From Phoronis australis (Eukaryota > Animalia > Phoronida), in contig NMRA01000092.1 in assembly GCA_002633005.1 (NCBI GenBank), forward strand, positions 62,001 through 126,000: a DNA stretch of 64,000 nt, given 5' to 3'. Positions 37,738-50,973 of the stretch are shown here, one piece after another. Both the position numbers and the translations under genes were made by a program. The stretch's first letter is position 1. Every line of letters starts with the position of its first letter. The notes beneath the pieces are model-generated. The model saw only the letters and a list, made by a program, of their open reading frames with translations, was not told where the DNA came from and searched no databases.

Positions 37738-38459
37738 TCAAGTTAGGTCTTCAAGGGAACCTGAGAAAAATTAAAATGATTCGGTCACAAGGCTTTCATT
37801 TTCATTAGCACGATATAAGAAATTTGACTACGGCCAGAGATTGTCTATCAACATATCTATACACAGAGACGGTCTTTGTATAGATGCAGGTGTTTTGTGT
37901 AGTGACATCTATGAATAACTTTGGTCTTGTATCAAAGTCACAAATGCAGTATTAAAAATTAATCTCCAGTACAAGAGAATTCAACAGCAGAGCAACAATG
38001 CTGCAATGCCTTAAGAAAGGTTATCTTTGATGTCATCAGAGTTATCAGCAGGTGTCGCTGTCAAAAACTGCATGTGTTATGTTACATATCAGGGCTCCNT
38101 CAAGTTAGGTCTTCAAGGAACCTGAGAAAAATTAAAATGATTCAGTCACAAGGCTTTCATTTTCATTAGCACGATATAAGAAATTTGACTACGGCCAGAG
38201 ATTGTCTATCAACATATCTATACACAGAGACGGTCTTTGTATAGATGCAGGTGTTTTGTGTAGTGACATCTATGAATAACTTTGGTCTTGTATCAAAGTC
38301 ACAAATGCAGTATTAAAAATTAATCTCCAGTACAAGAGAATTCAACAGCAGAGCAACAATGCTGCAATGCCTTAAGAAAGGTTATCTTTGATGTCATCAG
38401 AGTTATCAGCAGGTGTCGCTGTCAAAAACTGCATGTGTTATGTTACATATCAGGGCTCC
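37738..38459. repeat. ~360-bp direct duplication (37738-38098 / 38100-38459) separated by one N, probably an assembly overlap
   Basis: Nearly identical copies abutting the n at 38099. Confidence 0.88.
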
Positions 38460-41400
38460 ACGCTTAGCATAATATGAACTCGCTAAATGCGACCTGGCAA
38501 AATTTGCAAATTCAACGGGAAATGAGCTCCTCAAAACAAGGGTACCTGATATTTAGTGGTGCGAAAGTTCTGGCCTTCACTAACTATGCTTACTTCCCAA
38601 TGTTTGAAAATGATAATGAGGATGTCAGAAAATATGCCAAGTCTCAAGAACAACTGTTCGTCAAAACCGCCATATATGTCACGGTTATTTTTTTCTAGTC
38701 CAACGAAAAAATAAGAAATTGTGGGAGCAATGACAACTGATCTCCCGTGTCCTGCTCTTACCTAAGGGAAAAGTAGATGATGAAAACACATTGTTTTGCG
38801 CATGTGAACCCTGACGAGGTGTAGGTTGCCAAATAGAGCCCTGCATAAGAAAATATTTTATTCAAATATTTACCATTCTATTTAATCCACCTCTTTCATC
38901 AGAGTATATTTGCAAAAATTCATATTTAGCAAAAAAATTCGCCTGCATAAGGGAGAGTCATCATGCGATAACTTCTCAATAATCCACTCATAAAACTGAT
39001 ATATTCATTGTCTGAAATAGCTAACAAACTGTGCAATTTACATCAATTGTCCTCTAGACCTAGAGTTGGTATCAAAGGGTCTGAAGATAATTCAAGTGAC
39101 GATTTTACACAGGCATCAACAAGCCGCTTTAAAGTACGCTTTAAAGTACGTAATTTCACTAGTGGGAATAACCCAAGGTTTCACAACAGTGGTGTTATGA
39201 AGATACAAAGCCATACAGGTGCATAGCCCCTAGTGATATCAACAGCACAGGAAATGCCACAGTTATCCAGGCAAACAAGTCAAGCACAGAGCACATGTGT
39301 CAACACCAATTTAATGACAGTCAAATCAGAGTATTACATGCAGCACAGAGAAGACTGGGACCCCGCAAAAGACCTTGGACTGGGCTAGAAAAAAGCAATC
39401 ACGTATCTACTAAATACGAAGCCCAAGGTCAAAGAGAGACTCGGCACGAAGGAAGAAGCAGACAACTGCCACAGGCATCATAGTGGTGCCCCGTTAAAGG
39501 TCCGGGGGGAGGGGGCTTCCTGTCTTTTGCTAAGTCTTCCTGTTTTCAAGCTTGTGTTTCCTGTTTACAGGTGTGAATAGTACTTAGAACTATTATTGCG
39601 GTAGTGTTTGACATAGTCTTGGTAACTTAAGCGAAAATTTTCATCACTTGGTACTCTACCTGTACTGAGTACGATCCTGTCAATTTAGGACACAACAGGG
39701 CGGAATTATAAGTGAAATATTATTTTCTCACTGTTTCATAAAAGATATGAAGTATCAAAATAATGCTTTGCCACAGCTACCAACAGAAAATATTTTCAAA
39801 AATTGTGGGCATTCGCAACAATTTTAGAAGACCTTGAAAAACGAAAAAAAGGTAATTTTGACGACTCTTTGCCCAAAACTGGCAAGATTTTACCGTACTT
39901 GTCTTCACAATTACTCACATATTCCATTGGCTTATATTTTGACAATAGGGGGTAATCCCCATCATGTGAAAGAGAATACCGGTCTTACCCTAAGCTAAAA
40001 ATGAAAACAAACGAAAAAAATCTGAAAAAAGGTTCAAGGTCAGATCATCACATAATCGCTGTAATGGAGGTTAGTCCAGCTATTGATAGTGTTGATGTGG
40101 GTAGGTTCTAAAAACAAACAGTTTATTCTGAAGGCAATTAAAAGATCCAGTAACAATGTGTTGAAAAATTTTCCATTTAGATGATGTTGAAACACAGCTG
40201 TCCAGTCACACTGTTTGTTTACGCTGGGAATATTTCTTGTGGCAGGCTGATTTGGTCAAATGTTTTCCATATCAGCTAGTGGCAACACCCAGTGTATGGT
40301 GTGTGTGTTGCGTGCGCGTGTGCATATGCGTGTGTGTTGTATTCGTCACTAGGTGTTTTTACAGTGTAAAACCATTCTCACCGCTGGTTACACCATATAC
40401 TGTGGTCTGGCCCATTGTTGAAAGCTGCAAGGATTTATAATAGGGATTAAATTACTTTTGAGTACTTAAAAGACCGCAAACTGTTGCTTGAAAAAAAAAC
40501 TTAAATGGAAATGTATCGGCCACCTGTGGCTTTCAAAATTAACAACTTAACTTCAGCGTTGACACGTTTCTGTGTGCTCTGAACTCATAATGATGATGAA
40601 GTATCTAGGCCAAGATTTTTAGTGACCCAATTAAAGCCAAAATCAAGTCATTTTAACAGCAAAGCCATCATATTTCAACAAGAGAGACATATATTAACAG
40701 TGACGTAACAAGTGTTAAAGTGCTACATTACTGCAGCTGATTTTTTCTGTATCACATATTTGCATATATATTCAATAAATAGTAAAATAAAAAATAAAAA
40801 AAATATTGACCAAAACACCCTAATAGTCGGATATTGGTTACGTAAAATGAAAAATGAAATTTTCTAAGATAGTCTTCATAGAGAATATCTGTAACTATAA
40901 GCCCAAGGATGAATAGTTTAGTGAATGGAGCTTAAGGGGCTATTGGATATATGTGCAAAATGAGGAAGACATAAATGCAAAGAGCAACCCAAGATATCAT
41001 GACGTATGTAATGCACAAAAAGTGATAACCTGATCCAAATGGAGGATAAACTTTTCCTGAAAATTCAAGTACCTGCCAAAAAACCACCAACATTATAATT
41101 AGGAAACGTATAATCAATTTCGGAAACTTTTTTTTTGGCACCACAGCATTGGCCCAACAAAATTATGTACAAGACACCATTTTGTTTGCTGGAAATTAAC
41201 ATTGTGTTGTGTTAAACAATGTCCAATTTCAGTCAATATTAAAGTCGACTTTTTTCAAAAAAACCCTACTGTCTGTTGGTAAGCATGTGAAATCTTTTTA
41301 TCAAAGGAGATATGAACCTGCCTAATAAACTGCCATACTATTGTAGCTGAGACCAACAAGTTTGCTGGATCCTCCTCATAATAAATCCACTAGGCATGAC

Positions 41401-43155
41401 TTCAAGCATTACTAACAGAGTTTGGCTAAATAGGCTCAGATGAAAAAGTTAGTTTTTAACAGGAGTCAAGTTTATCGCAGTTTTGACACTTTTTTTTCAA
41501 CACATGTCATCATAACTTTGATTCTCAATGGCAAGCAACACTTTTCACAACCAACGGCCTGCTTCACCAAAGCGACTTAAAAGCGACTTAAGACTTAAGA
41601 TGGAAATCTGGTCTTGCGCTCCCACCTCACATATTGCTGAAGAAAGGTTCAGCCAAGTAATTATGTCTGTAAGTAATTCATAGATTAGAAACTGCATTTT
41701 GCTGAAGTGAGATTCAAAGATTTTCCCGAAAATAAGTGGTGTGGTGTGTAAGACCAAACTACTGACTTGGGTCACAAAAATGGTACTTAACGTTCAATAA
41801 GTGCCCTAACAGATACTTTTTGAACCTACTTCCCACTGAGCAAGAATAAGTGGAGACTTCATCAAGTGCATGCTTGTTGCTATTGAGAACATGCAATATA
41901 TTACCACTATAATCATCACCATCAACATCTACATACTTTGTGAATGAGCACCAGGTACTCGCTTTGTGACCTCAATGGTTACTTTAAACTAAACTGTCTC
42001 AAGTTACCAACATTTTGAATGTTATGCAAGAAATCAAGAATGCAAATGTCATTCTACTATGTAAAAATGAAATATGGGAAAATGACATGGACAAAAAATT
42101 GACAGAAGAACAAAAACTTCAGTTATTAAAACTGCAGTCAGATAATAAGTTTCTTACATCAAAAATCTTCACTTTGGGGACAGTGAAAAATCAACTACTT
42201 TGCTAAAGGTCAAGAGTTTGTTCCAAATTTTAGAAATTCCAATATTGTCCGTCCTGTCAAATTCAACAATTATCATCAACAGCAAATGATTATTCACCTA
42301 GATGATGCACACTGGGGACGCATGAAAATGTTATGCTGCCAGCTATTTTCGACGACACAAAACAAAAAGAGAGTTCGATGTTGAGAAATAAGAAAAATGT
42401 CACAATCACCAGTGTGCCCAAATCGTCCATGTCCCAATCTTCAGAATCGAGAAGATTCAATTACCGCTTAAATTTCGGTGTCCCAAATTTTAGACTGGAG
42501 AATTTTTCAGTAATTAACACATTTGATTAGATATTGATAGTCCATATGGCAAATTCCATTACTGACGCAGTGAAACAGAAAACAGTAAACTAGGTAGACA
42601 CTAAGTGGGTTGGAGTGGAGTCGAAGCATATCTTTCAGTGGTGATCTGGCAAGATTCAGAATTCGAGACTAACAAACTTTAAATCCAGACTGCAATAAAA
42701 AATTGACGGTTTGTTTAACATGATTCCTGTAAACTTTCAAGTTTCAGGTGCTGTGATTGGCCGATAGGAGAGTCAAGTCCTGTGTAAAGTCTGGAGGTCT
42801 CAGGCCCAGGACTGAGAAACGGCCATCAACAATCCTCAATGAGTGATCGAAATAGTAACCCAGTTGTGGAATAAATACATTGAAAATAAATCTAAGACTG
42901 GACTTACTAGTTTTGATGGTAACGTAACGTCCCCAACACAGAGACCTGTAGTACTAATCGGAACTGGGCGATACCTCATCAGCCCAGGAAATTACATTAA
43001 TTAAAAACCACCTGACGAAGATTCCCACCAAGGTGAACACCTCAACCAGTCAGTATTCGATCACTAGAAGTCTCAGTGATGGTTATCCTACGTCATAATA
43101 AAGACTTTAAGTGTGATTTATTCTCAGTATAATCTTGCAATGCATTTGACATTAC

Positions 43156-43971
43156 CTTAGCCAGTCTCCCTGAGACGGGTGTGATGTTAGGTGGAGCCAG
43201 GTTGTCTTTCAAGTGGTCAGAGATATCTTCATAGAGAGGGCCAACATCTTGCTGTAGAGTGTCGTTGCTCCGGTACAGCTGATTTTTTTTCTGAAAACTG
43301 CTGCCTGCTCCCATGTTTCCAGGTAATACATTGGTCGTCAAGTGACCAGGTGACCAGCTTCGATGACGCTGTTGAAGTTCCCCTTCGGGTAAAGGCACAC
43401 GCCTCCTGTATGGGTTAGAATAATTACCTTTGTTGTTCGTAGTAAATTTGCTCTGAACACTGTTGTTGTTGGCAGTGGTGTTCACTACATCCTCACCAAC
43501 GCATTTATTATCTCCCTCTTCACGTAGTCTAGGAATCCCTCTAGTCTGAGCGATTGTATCTGCATAAGACTTCTTTACGTTTGGCGAATAAATGGCAGAT
43601 TTGAGGTCGCGCAAAGAGTGGGCACGCTGAGGTGGACTCTGGTGGTCTACTCGGCCAGATAAGCTGTCATAACGGAACGACTGACTGACAGTAGTTGGTG
43701 CGTTGTGAGCCCTCCTGGGTAGAGACTGTCCACTCCTATTTTCATCGACCGCACACACTTTTTTAGTCTTACGCTTCGAAGATGGCGGAATCACTGCATA
43801 GTCGTTTCTGCCAGACCATCCCTGTTCCTTGAAAACTTGCTGCAACTCTGCCGTTTGTGATCCGTAATCATAATCACGGCTATGTCTGGTTGTTGCGTGT
43901 CCAGGGTGGTAGTAGTCTTCATACGAGTCCTCAGGGAATAGCACGTCATGGGACTCGTTGACACTGGCCAT
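43156..43971 (-). CDS. LZTS2: LZTS-family protein, first coding exon (MASVNES...PPNITPVSGRLAK)
   Basis: ATG at 43971 and donor AAG|gtaatg (phase 0). Splicing to 28102 gives PPNITPVSGRLAK-SQDQVVLRPIAFKPV, matching the recalled LZTS motif PPKLVPVSGKLEK...IRPTAFKPV. An acceptor (tggtttcag|) at 43991 implies upstream non-coding exon(s). Confidence 0.88.
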
Positions 43972-44575
43972 AGTCAATCAATGGAACATGACTGAAACCA
44001 CAAAAAGGAGTTAGTTCACAAACATCAGTGGCAAATATCACAAAGGCGTAAGACAATGTTGACATAGATAAAGCCAGTACTACAACAGTACAAACTTCTG
44101 TCAAGGCACAGCCTACATGACCAACAAAAATAGCTCATTTGTGAGTACGGTAGTATTGCACTGGAAATTCCGCAGTTTCAATAAAAAGAACACGGAATGT
44201 TTGTGATTGTTGATGGAAGCAATGTAAACGCTTCTGTTCATCATCTTCAGTTATAACCTCGTGAAAAGTCAACAAAAACTCGAGTACACACAATGGAGGG
44301 CCATTACTTATGAATGTTGCATTATTGTAACACACTTGCAAGTGATAAATTACAATTCATATGACCGCGACACCCGAGATCATTCTCAAAACCTGCATAG
44401 TTCTTGCCCCGTTCTAATCTTTGCTGAAAATTTCATCAGAATCTGAACCGTCTCTTCGGTGCTATATATTTAAACCTGCAACTTTACCCTTTCTAGCTAG
44501 CTAAAAAGGAAATTCAAATTATTCCATTAACTCTCATAAAATCAATCTTGTAATATTCCTTAAACATGAAACGAT

Positions 44576-44644
44576 TACATTTCCGTTACCATCTCAAGGT
44601 ACATTTCCTTTACCATCTCAAGCTACATTTCCGTTACCATCTCA
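44576..44644. repeat. 24-bp tandem repeat x~3 (tacatttccgttaccatctcaagg)
   Basis: Copies at 44576, 44600 and 44624. Confidence 0.85.
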
Positions 44645-45021
44645 TGTCACAGGCAATGTGCCATTTTGCAATTATAGGTGTGGCCAACACTAATAAACTC
44701 TGAAGCGTTTCCTTGAGCTGCTTGAGTTGGGGAGAATGCAGCTTTAACTGACCACACACAAGCAAAACACTCTCATGCACACTGACAGTGAGAGACTGGC
44801 AGATAGACAAAACAAATCCCAGAATTCAAATGCAGTAAAGAAGATGCGCCAAAGGTCAGCACAGAACTGGAAATAGGTCATGCACGGAGAAATGCATTCA
44901 CAAAGTGACCAAAGCTTGTTTTGTGTTTCACACTAACTGGGAACTGAGACTCCATAACTGTGAATCTGATGAGCAAGTGTGTTAATACTGTGTGGCGTGT
45001 GATGTGAAATTTTCAGGAAGG

Positions 45022-45148
45022 GTGGCGTAAACGGGTCCTTCTTGAAAATGGCTACTGGGAACCAATTTCACTGAATAATGGACATTGCCATTATTCAGTG
45101 AAAGCTGGTTCACAGCAGCCATTTTCAAGAAGAATCCGTTTTCGCCAC
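45022..45148. repeat. Long imperfect inverted repeat (fold-back), ~60-bp arms, 6-nt loop
   Basis: gtggcg..cttcttgaaaatggct..tttcactgaataatgg-acattg-ccattattcagtgaaa..agccattttcaagaag..cgccac. Confidence 0.85.
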
Positions 45149-46959
45149 TTTTACCAATTTTTCACCCATTGCAGTAAAACTACATCTCAGCCGTAAAACA
45201 GAATAAGTTTACAGCATGACCACCTTACCAATGGTATCATACTTGTCAAATGACACTCGGCAACTTTCACCTGCACTTTGAGTCACCAAATAAATTTGGA
45301 AAAAAAATTCAGGATATCTTCAAATTAAAGGTTTATAAGTTGCTCTAATTCAAATGCGTTCATAACTGTGAGCCCTGGTGTAACACAGCACTTCAACACT
45401 ACAAATCCTAACAAGAAGCAGTAACATTCTAAAAACATCTTACAACTTGTTCACTCAAAGGCTGGATCACGAAATCCATCTCAAGTGCAAGTCAAAATTT
45501 CAAAGAATTTGCAATTGCTGACCTACCCCATTTTGAAATGCCTGTCCCTGTGTCCTGTGCTCCTGTACCACAATGACTCATAAACCCTCCACACATATAA
45601 GATATCAAAACTACACCACTTAAAAGACCAATCTGATCCCTAAGTGCAGCACTGTTCCAAAATTTCAAACGATCTCACAATTAAAAGGCCAAATACTGAA
45701 GCCAAACTGAGCAAATCAAGCCACAATAAATCACCAGATATAAAATGACGTTTGATCCCAAATTTCAAATCTCAACCTTCCATATTAACTTTAGAAAAGT
45801 TAGTGTTGATTCAACCAATATAAAACTTCAAAGTCAATATTATCAAAGAGCTTATTCACCTTGGCCATTGCAGAGGATTTGAATTATAATACATCGTCTG
45901 TGGCCCTGAAATTTGATATACTGCCAGAACCTGGACAAAGCCAAACAGGTGGACATGAACTAGATCAGAGGGGACTACTATGAAAGACTGGGTCATGTCA
46001 ACAATCACTGGTGCCATATCACAGTCAAAGGAAGATAATAGGCTTGACACTNCACTTTTACCAATTTTTCACCCATTGCAGTAAAACTGCATCTCAGCCG
46101 TAAAACAGAATAAGTTTACAGCATGACCACCTTACCAACTTGGTATCATACTTGTCAAAAGACACTCGGCAACTTTCACCTGCACTTTGAGTCACCAAAT
46201 AAATTTGGAAAAAAAATTCAGGATATCTTCAAATTAAAGGTTTATAAGTTGCTCTAATTCAAATGCGTTCATGACTGTGAGCCCTGGTGTAACACAGCAC
46301 TTCAACACTACAAATCCTAACAAGAAGCAGTAACATTCTAAAAACAGCTTACAACTTGTCCACTCAAAGGCTGGATCACGAAATCCATCTCAAGTGCAAG
46401 TCAAAATTTCAAAGAATTTGCAATTGCTGACCTACCCCATTTTGAGATGCCTGTCCCTGTGTCCTGTGCTCCTGTACCACAATGACTCATAAACCCTCCA
46501 CACATATAAGATATCAAAACTACACCACTAAAAGACCAATCTGATCCCTAAGTGCAGCACTGTTCCAAAATTTCAAACGATCTCACAATTAAAAGGCCAA
46601 ATACTGAAGCCAAACTGAGCAAATCAAGCCACAATAAATCACCAGATATAAAATGACGTTTGATCCCAAATTTGAAATCTCAACCTTCCATATTAACTTT
46701 AGAAAAGTTAGTGTTGATTCAACCAATATAAAACTTCAAAGTCAATATTATCAAAGAGCTTATTCACCTTGGCCATTGCAGAGGATTTGAATTATAATAC
46801 ATCGTCTGTGGCCCTGAAATTTGATATACTGCCAGAACCTGGACAAAGCCAAACAGGTGGACATGAACTAGATCAGAGGGGACTACTATGAAAGACTGGG
46901 TCATGTCAACAATCACTGGTGCCATATCACAGTCAAAGGAAGATAATAGGCTTGACACT
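45146..46959. repeat. ~906-bp direct duplication (45146-46051 / 46053-46959) separated by one N, probably an assembly overlap
   Basis: Near-identical copies with scattered substitutions and small indels abutting the n at 46052. Confidence 0.88.
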
Positions 46960-49458
46960 GTTGATGTAAAGATGGTAAACACATTGATCAAGTACTTCTA
47001 CCAGTTGTCATGTGAAACAGGCAATGCAGGTATCAATAAAAATAAATTAAAACTTTTTGAAGTTATAAAAATTTAAATGACTGCTAAGATCACACACTCA
47101 ATTCAAGAGCAACTAAGTGGTAAACTGTATCTTTTAAAAATAATTTAATTTTTTTTTAATTATATGAACCAAAGTCACACTGGCCTTAAGAACAGTGGTC
47201 ACATTGAAGAAATCCTGTAGCAGAACCCAATAAAGTAGGGATTGGCAATTTGCCAATTACGCAACAAAAGGTAACACAATAATGTTGAATGCTCTCAAAA
47301 CAACACTATCTAGAAAAGTTTGAAATTACACTGCTAACATCACTTTGACAGACCAAATTTGAAAAAAGGCAATGGTCGTTGAAAAAAGGCAATGGTCGTT
47401 GTAATTGTTTTTGCTATTTCTGGCCATAACTCAGTAATTTTTAAATATCCAGACGTGTCGCCACAGTCCCTTTGCTCGGTTAAGTGCAGCAAAATGATAC
47501 TGCATCACGTATCCAGTATCCAAGTAAGAGAGGTTCAGGTTATGCAGCACCCTAGAAGAATGTCCAAATTTGGCTAACATCAGAACATCATATCTCAGAT
47601 TCATACGAAATCTTCAGATACTGAGCTTTATGCACTGTTTTCAAAAACGCCGTCGTCAGGAATTGTGCATGAGAGGCAATCAAAAAATAATAGAACAATT
47701 ACGATTTGAAGAAAAAACTTTAAAGTTGCAAAAAAGAAAACGAAATATTTAAGAAAACTGTAACTGCGTTTTGGAATCTCACCTTGCTTGAGCATTTACC
47801 GTATTCGCCCTAATAAGTGCCTGGGTACATCAAATAAAATTTGATCAAGTTTTTGACACTGTTATTTCTCTACCAATGCACCAGTTTGTCTTTTGCTAAA
47901 TTTTCCTAAAAAAACATGGTCAGGTCACATGACGCAATGAGTAGCAGAATGGTAAAAAGTCAAAAATCAAATTCAACAAGCTTTCTACTAAAACAGAAAT
48001 TACCGTAAATACTTTTACTGAGATAAAATCCATGGTTTTGTAGACGTTTGGCTAAATACAGACTTGTCGATAAGGTCTTAGGTAACCTTAATTGAAAAGT
48101 TCACCGGTCCATATTTCAGTTTCAGTAAAAGCTCACCAATTTCAAACAAAAATAATTGACGAAATGTCATTTTTTCTTAATTTTCCAGAACATCAGACAT
48201 TACTGTGAATAAAAACTTTATTTGATAGCAGCTGTGGTACATTAAACTTGAACATGGAAAAGCATTCAATTTTATACTGCATATGTTGCATAGAAAAAAG
48301 GATAAAATAAAATTTTATTCTTCCGCCATGCTGTGTCCTAAATTAGAGAGAGCTTATCATAATTCTGTAGAATTACTAGAGGTTAATGTTAGGAATACAT
48401 GATTTCTAATAAAATCAATAAAGTAATGGATCGTTCCTATACAACAATAATTCCAAAACTGCATTTCATGGACCTTCAAAAATTGACCATGGCCTTCATG
48501 TACCAAAGGAAGCGAATCGAACCAACATTATTACATTGGTAACCGAAAAATACTCAGACTGAAAGAGTATTTCTCTTGTTTTGGTGACCACCAAAACATA
48601 CGAAACCAAAATTACTTGAAATGTTGAGTGATTCTGTTTTCTAAGTAGCACCAATAATTGTGGAGAAAATCTCAAGCAAAATTGGGAAAATTACTCGAAA
48701 ATTTCAAGACTGTTACCAACAATCCATAAATAAGTACCAAACTCAATATACAGTACAATTTATTTGAAGCCTAAGTTTACATAACCGCATTATTACACAG
48801 GGAGCATAAGTGCTAAAGTTGCAATCAGCTGAATAAATAAAATTGGACTTACAAAAGTACAGACACACCAAGCACATTTTCCTTCCAAAAAAATCTGAAA
48901 ACGACAGCGATCTTTTTCATACTTGAACAAATTTGTCTGGACTTTATATGGCACTGTGTTTCAAAATGCACTCTCTCTTTTTTGCTTCCTACCAGACACT
49001 TCCATAGCCACAACAGAAAAGTTCTCGAGTCTCATAACATCTTTAAGGAACTTAAGTAAAGCTTGGTGATCACCTTCAAGTATTACTCAAGTGGGTACAA
49101 TTTGGAAAAAGTCTTCGAGTAATTTAAGGGTCTGAGTAAGGATAGTGGTAATTCTTCATTTACCACACAATATGGCCGACAAGTGAAATTCTATTTTGTC
49201 AAATTTCTCCACAAAAGTACATATGAAGAAAAAATTAGTCTATTAGTAGCATAGTTTGTACTGTGTAGAAGTCATAAAACAACATTTGGTAGTTTCCAGT
49301 GATTGTAGCAAAGTAATCGGCCTTTGAAATATGGAAAACGACAATCAGTGGACTAAGTGGAAAATTACCATAGGAGCCAGGAAATCGTTGCATGCAAGCA
49401 TACACATGTAAAAACTGGAAACATCAGCCACACATTTAGAGGACACTTGAACAGGGCA

Positions 49459-49485
49459 AGCACACACACGCACACGCACGCACAC

Positions 49486-49529
<44 letters not shown>
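49459..49529. repeat. Imperfect (CA)n microsatellite
   Basis: CA run interrupted by CG. Confidence 0.95.
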
Positions 49530-49994
49530 CTCATGTCTGTGTTTACTGCAGTTTCCAGCACATTCAACTTTCCCAGAAGCATCTCAAGTCTGTTGCGTGG
49601 GCGAGGATGGCAAAAGACCAAGATTTGGCAGGAAGTCATACATATATATATATAGTAAACAGTAATCCTCAGATCAACATCTTACCAAAATGTTTACTCA
49701 TCCCCAACTGAAAAGGCTTCACACATCAGTTGTGTAAACTGACCAGCATGTGTAGAACTCCTGTTACTGGTATATAATGATTGGTAATAGTACACAGGCT
49801 CCTCAAATATATTGGAACAGCCACCTAATGACACTAGAAACAATTAAAAGTAATCACTCAGTCCAAGGGGTCTCGTCAAATGGGTCCCCTTTGACCACCA
49901 TCGAAAATAATACAGTTCATTTTTGTGCTTTTTCAATAGTGCCATTTTATTCAATAATTTCAAACAAAATCATCACTTGGTAAAATGGAATTTC

Positions 49995-50760
49995 TACAAG
50001 TATGTTGTTTTGTCATAATTTTATGTTTCTTTCTTTCTTTCTTTACATGCTACAGACCACAATTCTTATCAGATCAACATGAAATTTACCCGTTTTGTGA
50101 ATGGCTCGAAGCCTGTTTTTTGTTGAAATTGGACACAAGATGGCGCTGTGGTAGACATTTTCCCTTTTTTGTTTGCAGAGCAATAGCTCCTCTGTTTCTG
50201 GTTGGCTTTTTCTTCTATTACTTTCTGTGGATAGTTCATTCCAAGAGCTTTCCAAATGTCGAATTTATTTTTCTCTAGCTCTAACCGTTTTCGAGTTAAT
50301 TGAGATTTTCGGACGGACGACTGGTCTCTAAACTTGAATGAGTTTTTGTGATTTATCTTTGGCGTCCCTTGACAGAGCTGTCTGAAATTTGCTATGTGGA
50401 TAGACCTTTTCAAGCGCCATCAGAATAGTGAACCCGTTTCTTGCTACAAGTTACCATTCAAACGATATTCAGGATTTACTGCTAAGAGGACTGTTCTTTT
50501 GTTTACGTTATTTATAGTGCTACACTTTGTCAGCCTATCATATTTGTGCTAAAGATTGGTCATTCCTCTAATCTACATGAAATTTAAGTATAGTGTTTAC
50601 TTAATCGATAGCCCAAGGACTTTTGGTCTTGGGTGAAATCAGCCGCAAGATGGTGCTGTGATGGCCATTTTTCGAGTTATGTTTGCAAAGCTTTAGCTCC
50701 GCCATCCTTTGACTGAACCTTTTCAAATTTGGTAGATAAATAGATCTCATCACAGGCTAT
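49995..50760. mobile_element. Degenerate interspersed repeat with internal ~500-bp-spaced units (possibly a Helentron/DINE-type non-autonomous element)
   Basis: (tttc)n run, then recurring catgaaattt...caagatgg(c/t)gctgtg...catttt blocks at ~50080-50160 and ~50575-50670. A related block lies at ~15855-15945. The classification is inference. Confidence 0.4.
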
Positions 50761-50924
50761 CTTATACACTGGTTGTCATCCAACTCACCTTTAAATTTTT
50801 ATTTGATTTCACCCAGTGTTGTTCTTCAGAGGACTTTCAATTTTTTATTTTTCACTTTAAACTGGGTATTTTGCTGAAAATTATCAAAATTTAAGTTTTG
50901 CTTTGTGGCACATGCACTAACCAA

Positions 50925-50973
50925 AGCAGACGTGTAATGAGCAGACGTGTAATGAGCAGACGTGTAATGAGCA
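50925..50973. repeat. 15-bp tandem repeat x3 (agcagacgtgtaatg)
   Basis: Three perfect copies. Confidence 0.92.

Noticed and set aside
37738-38459. Tandem duplication as a biological event
   Set aside because: Near-identical copies meet exactly at a single N, typical of an unmerged contig overlap.
45146-46959. Duplicated ORFs 45856-46050 and 46764-46991 as a gene pair
   Set aside because: Short intronic ORFs with no recognisable protein; the duplication abuts an N.
49345-49665. CV/HT-repeat ORFs
   Set aside because: Translations of a (CA)n microsatellite.
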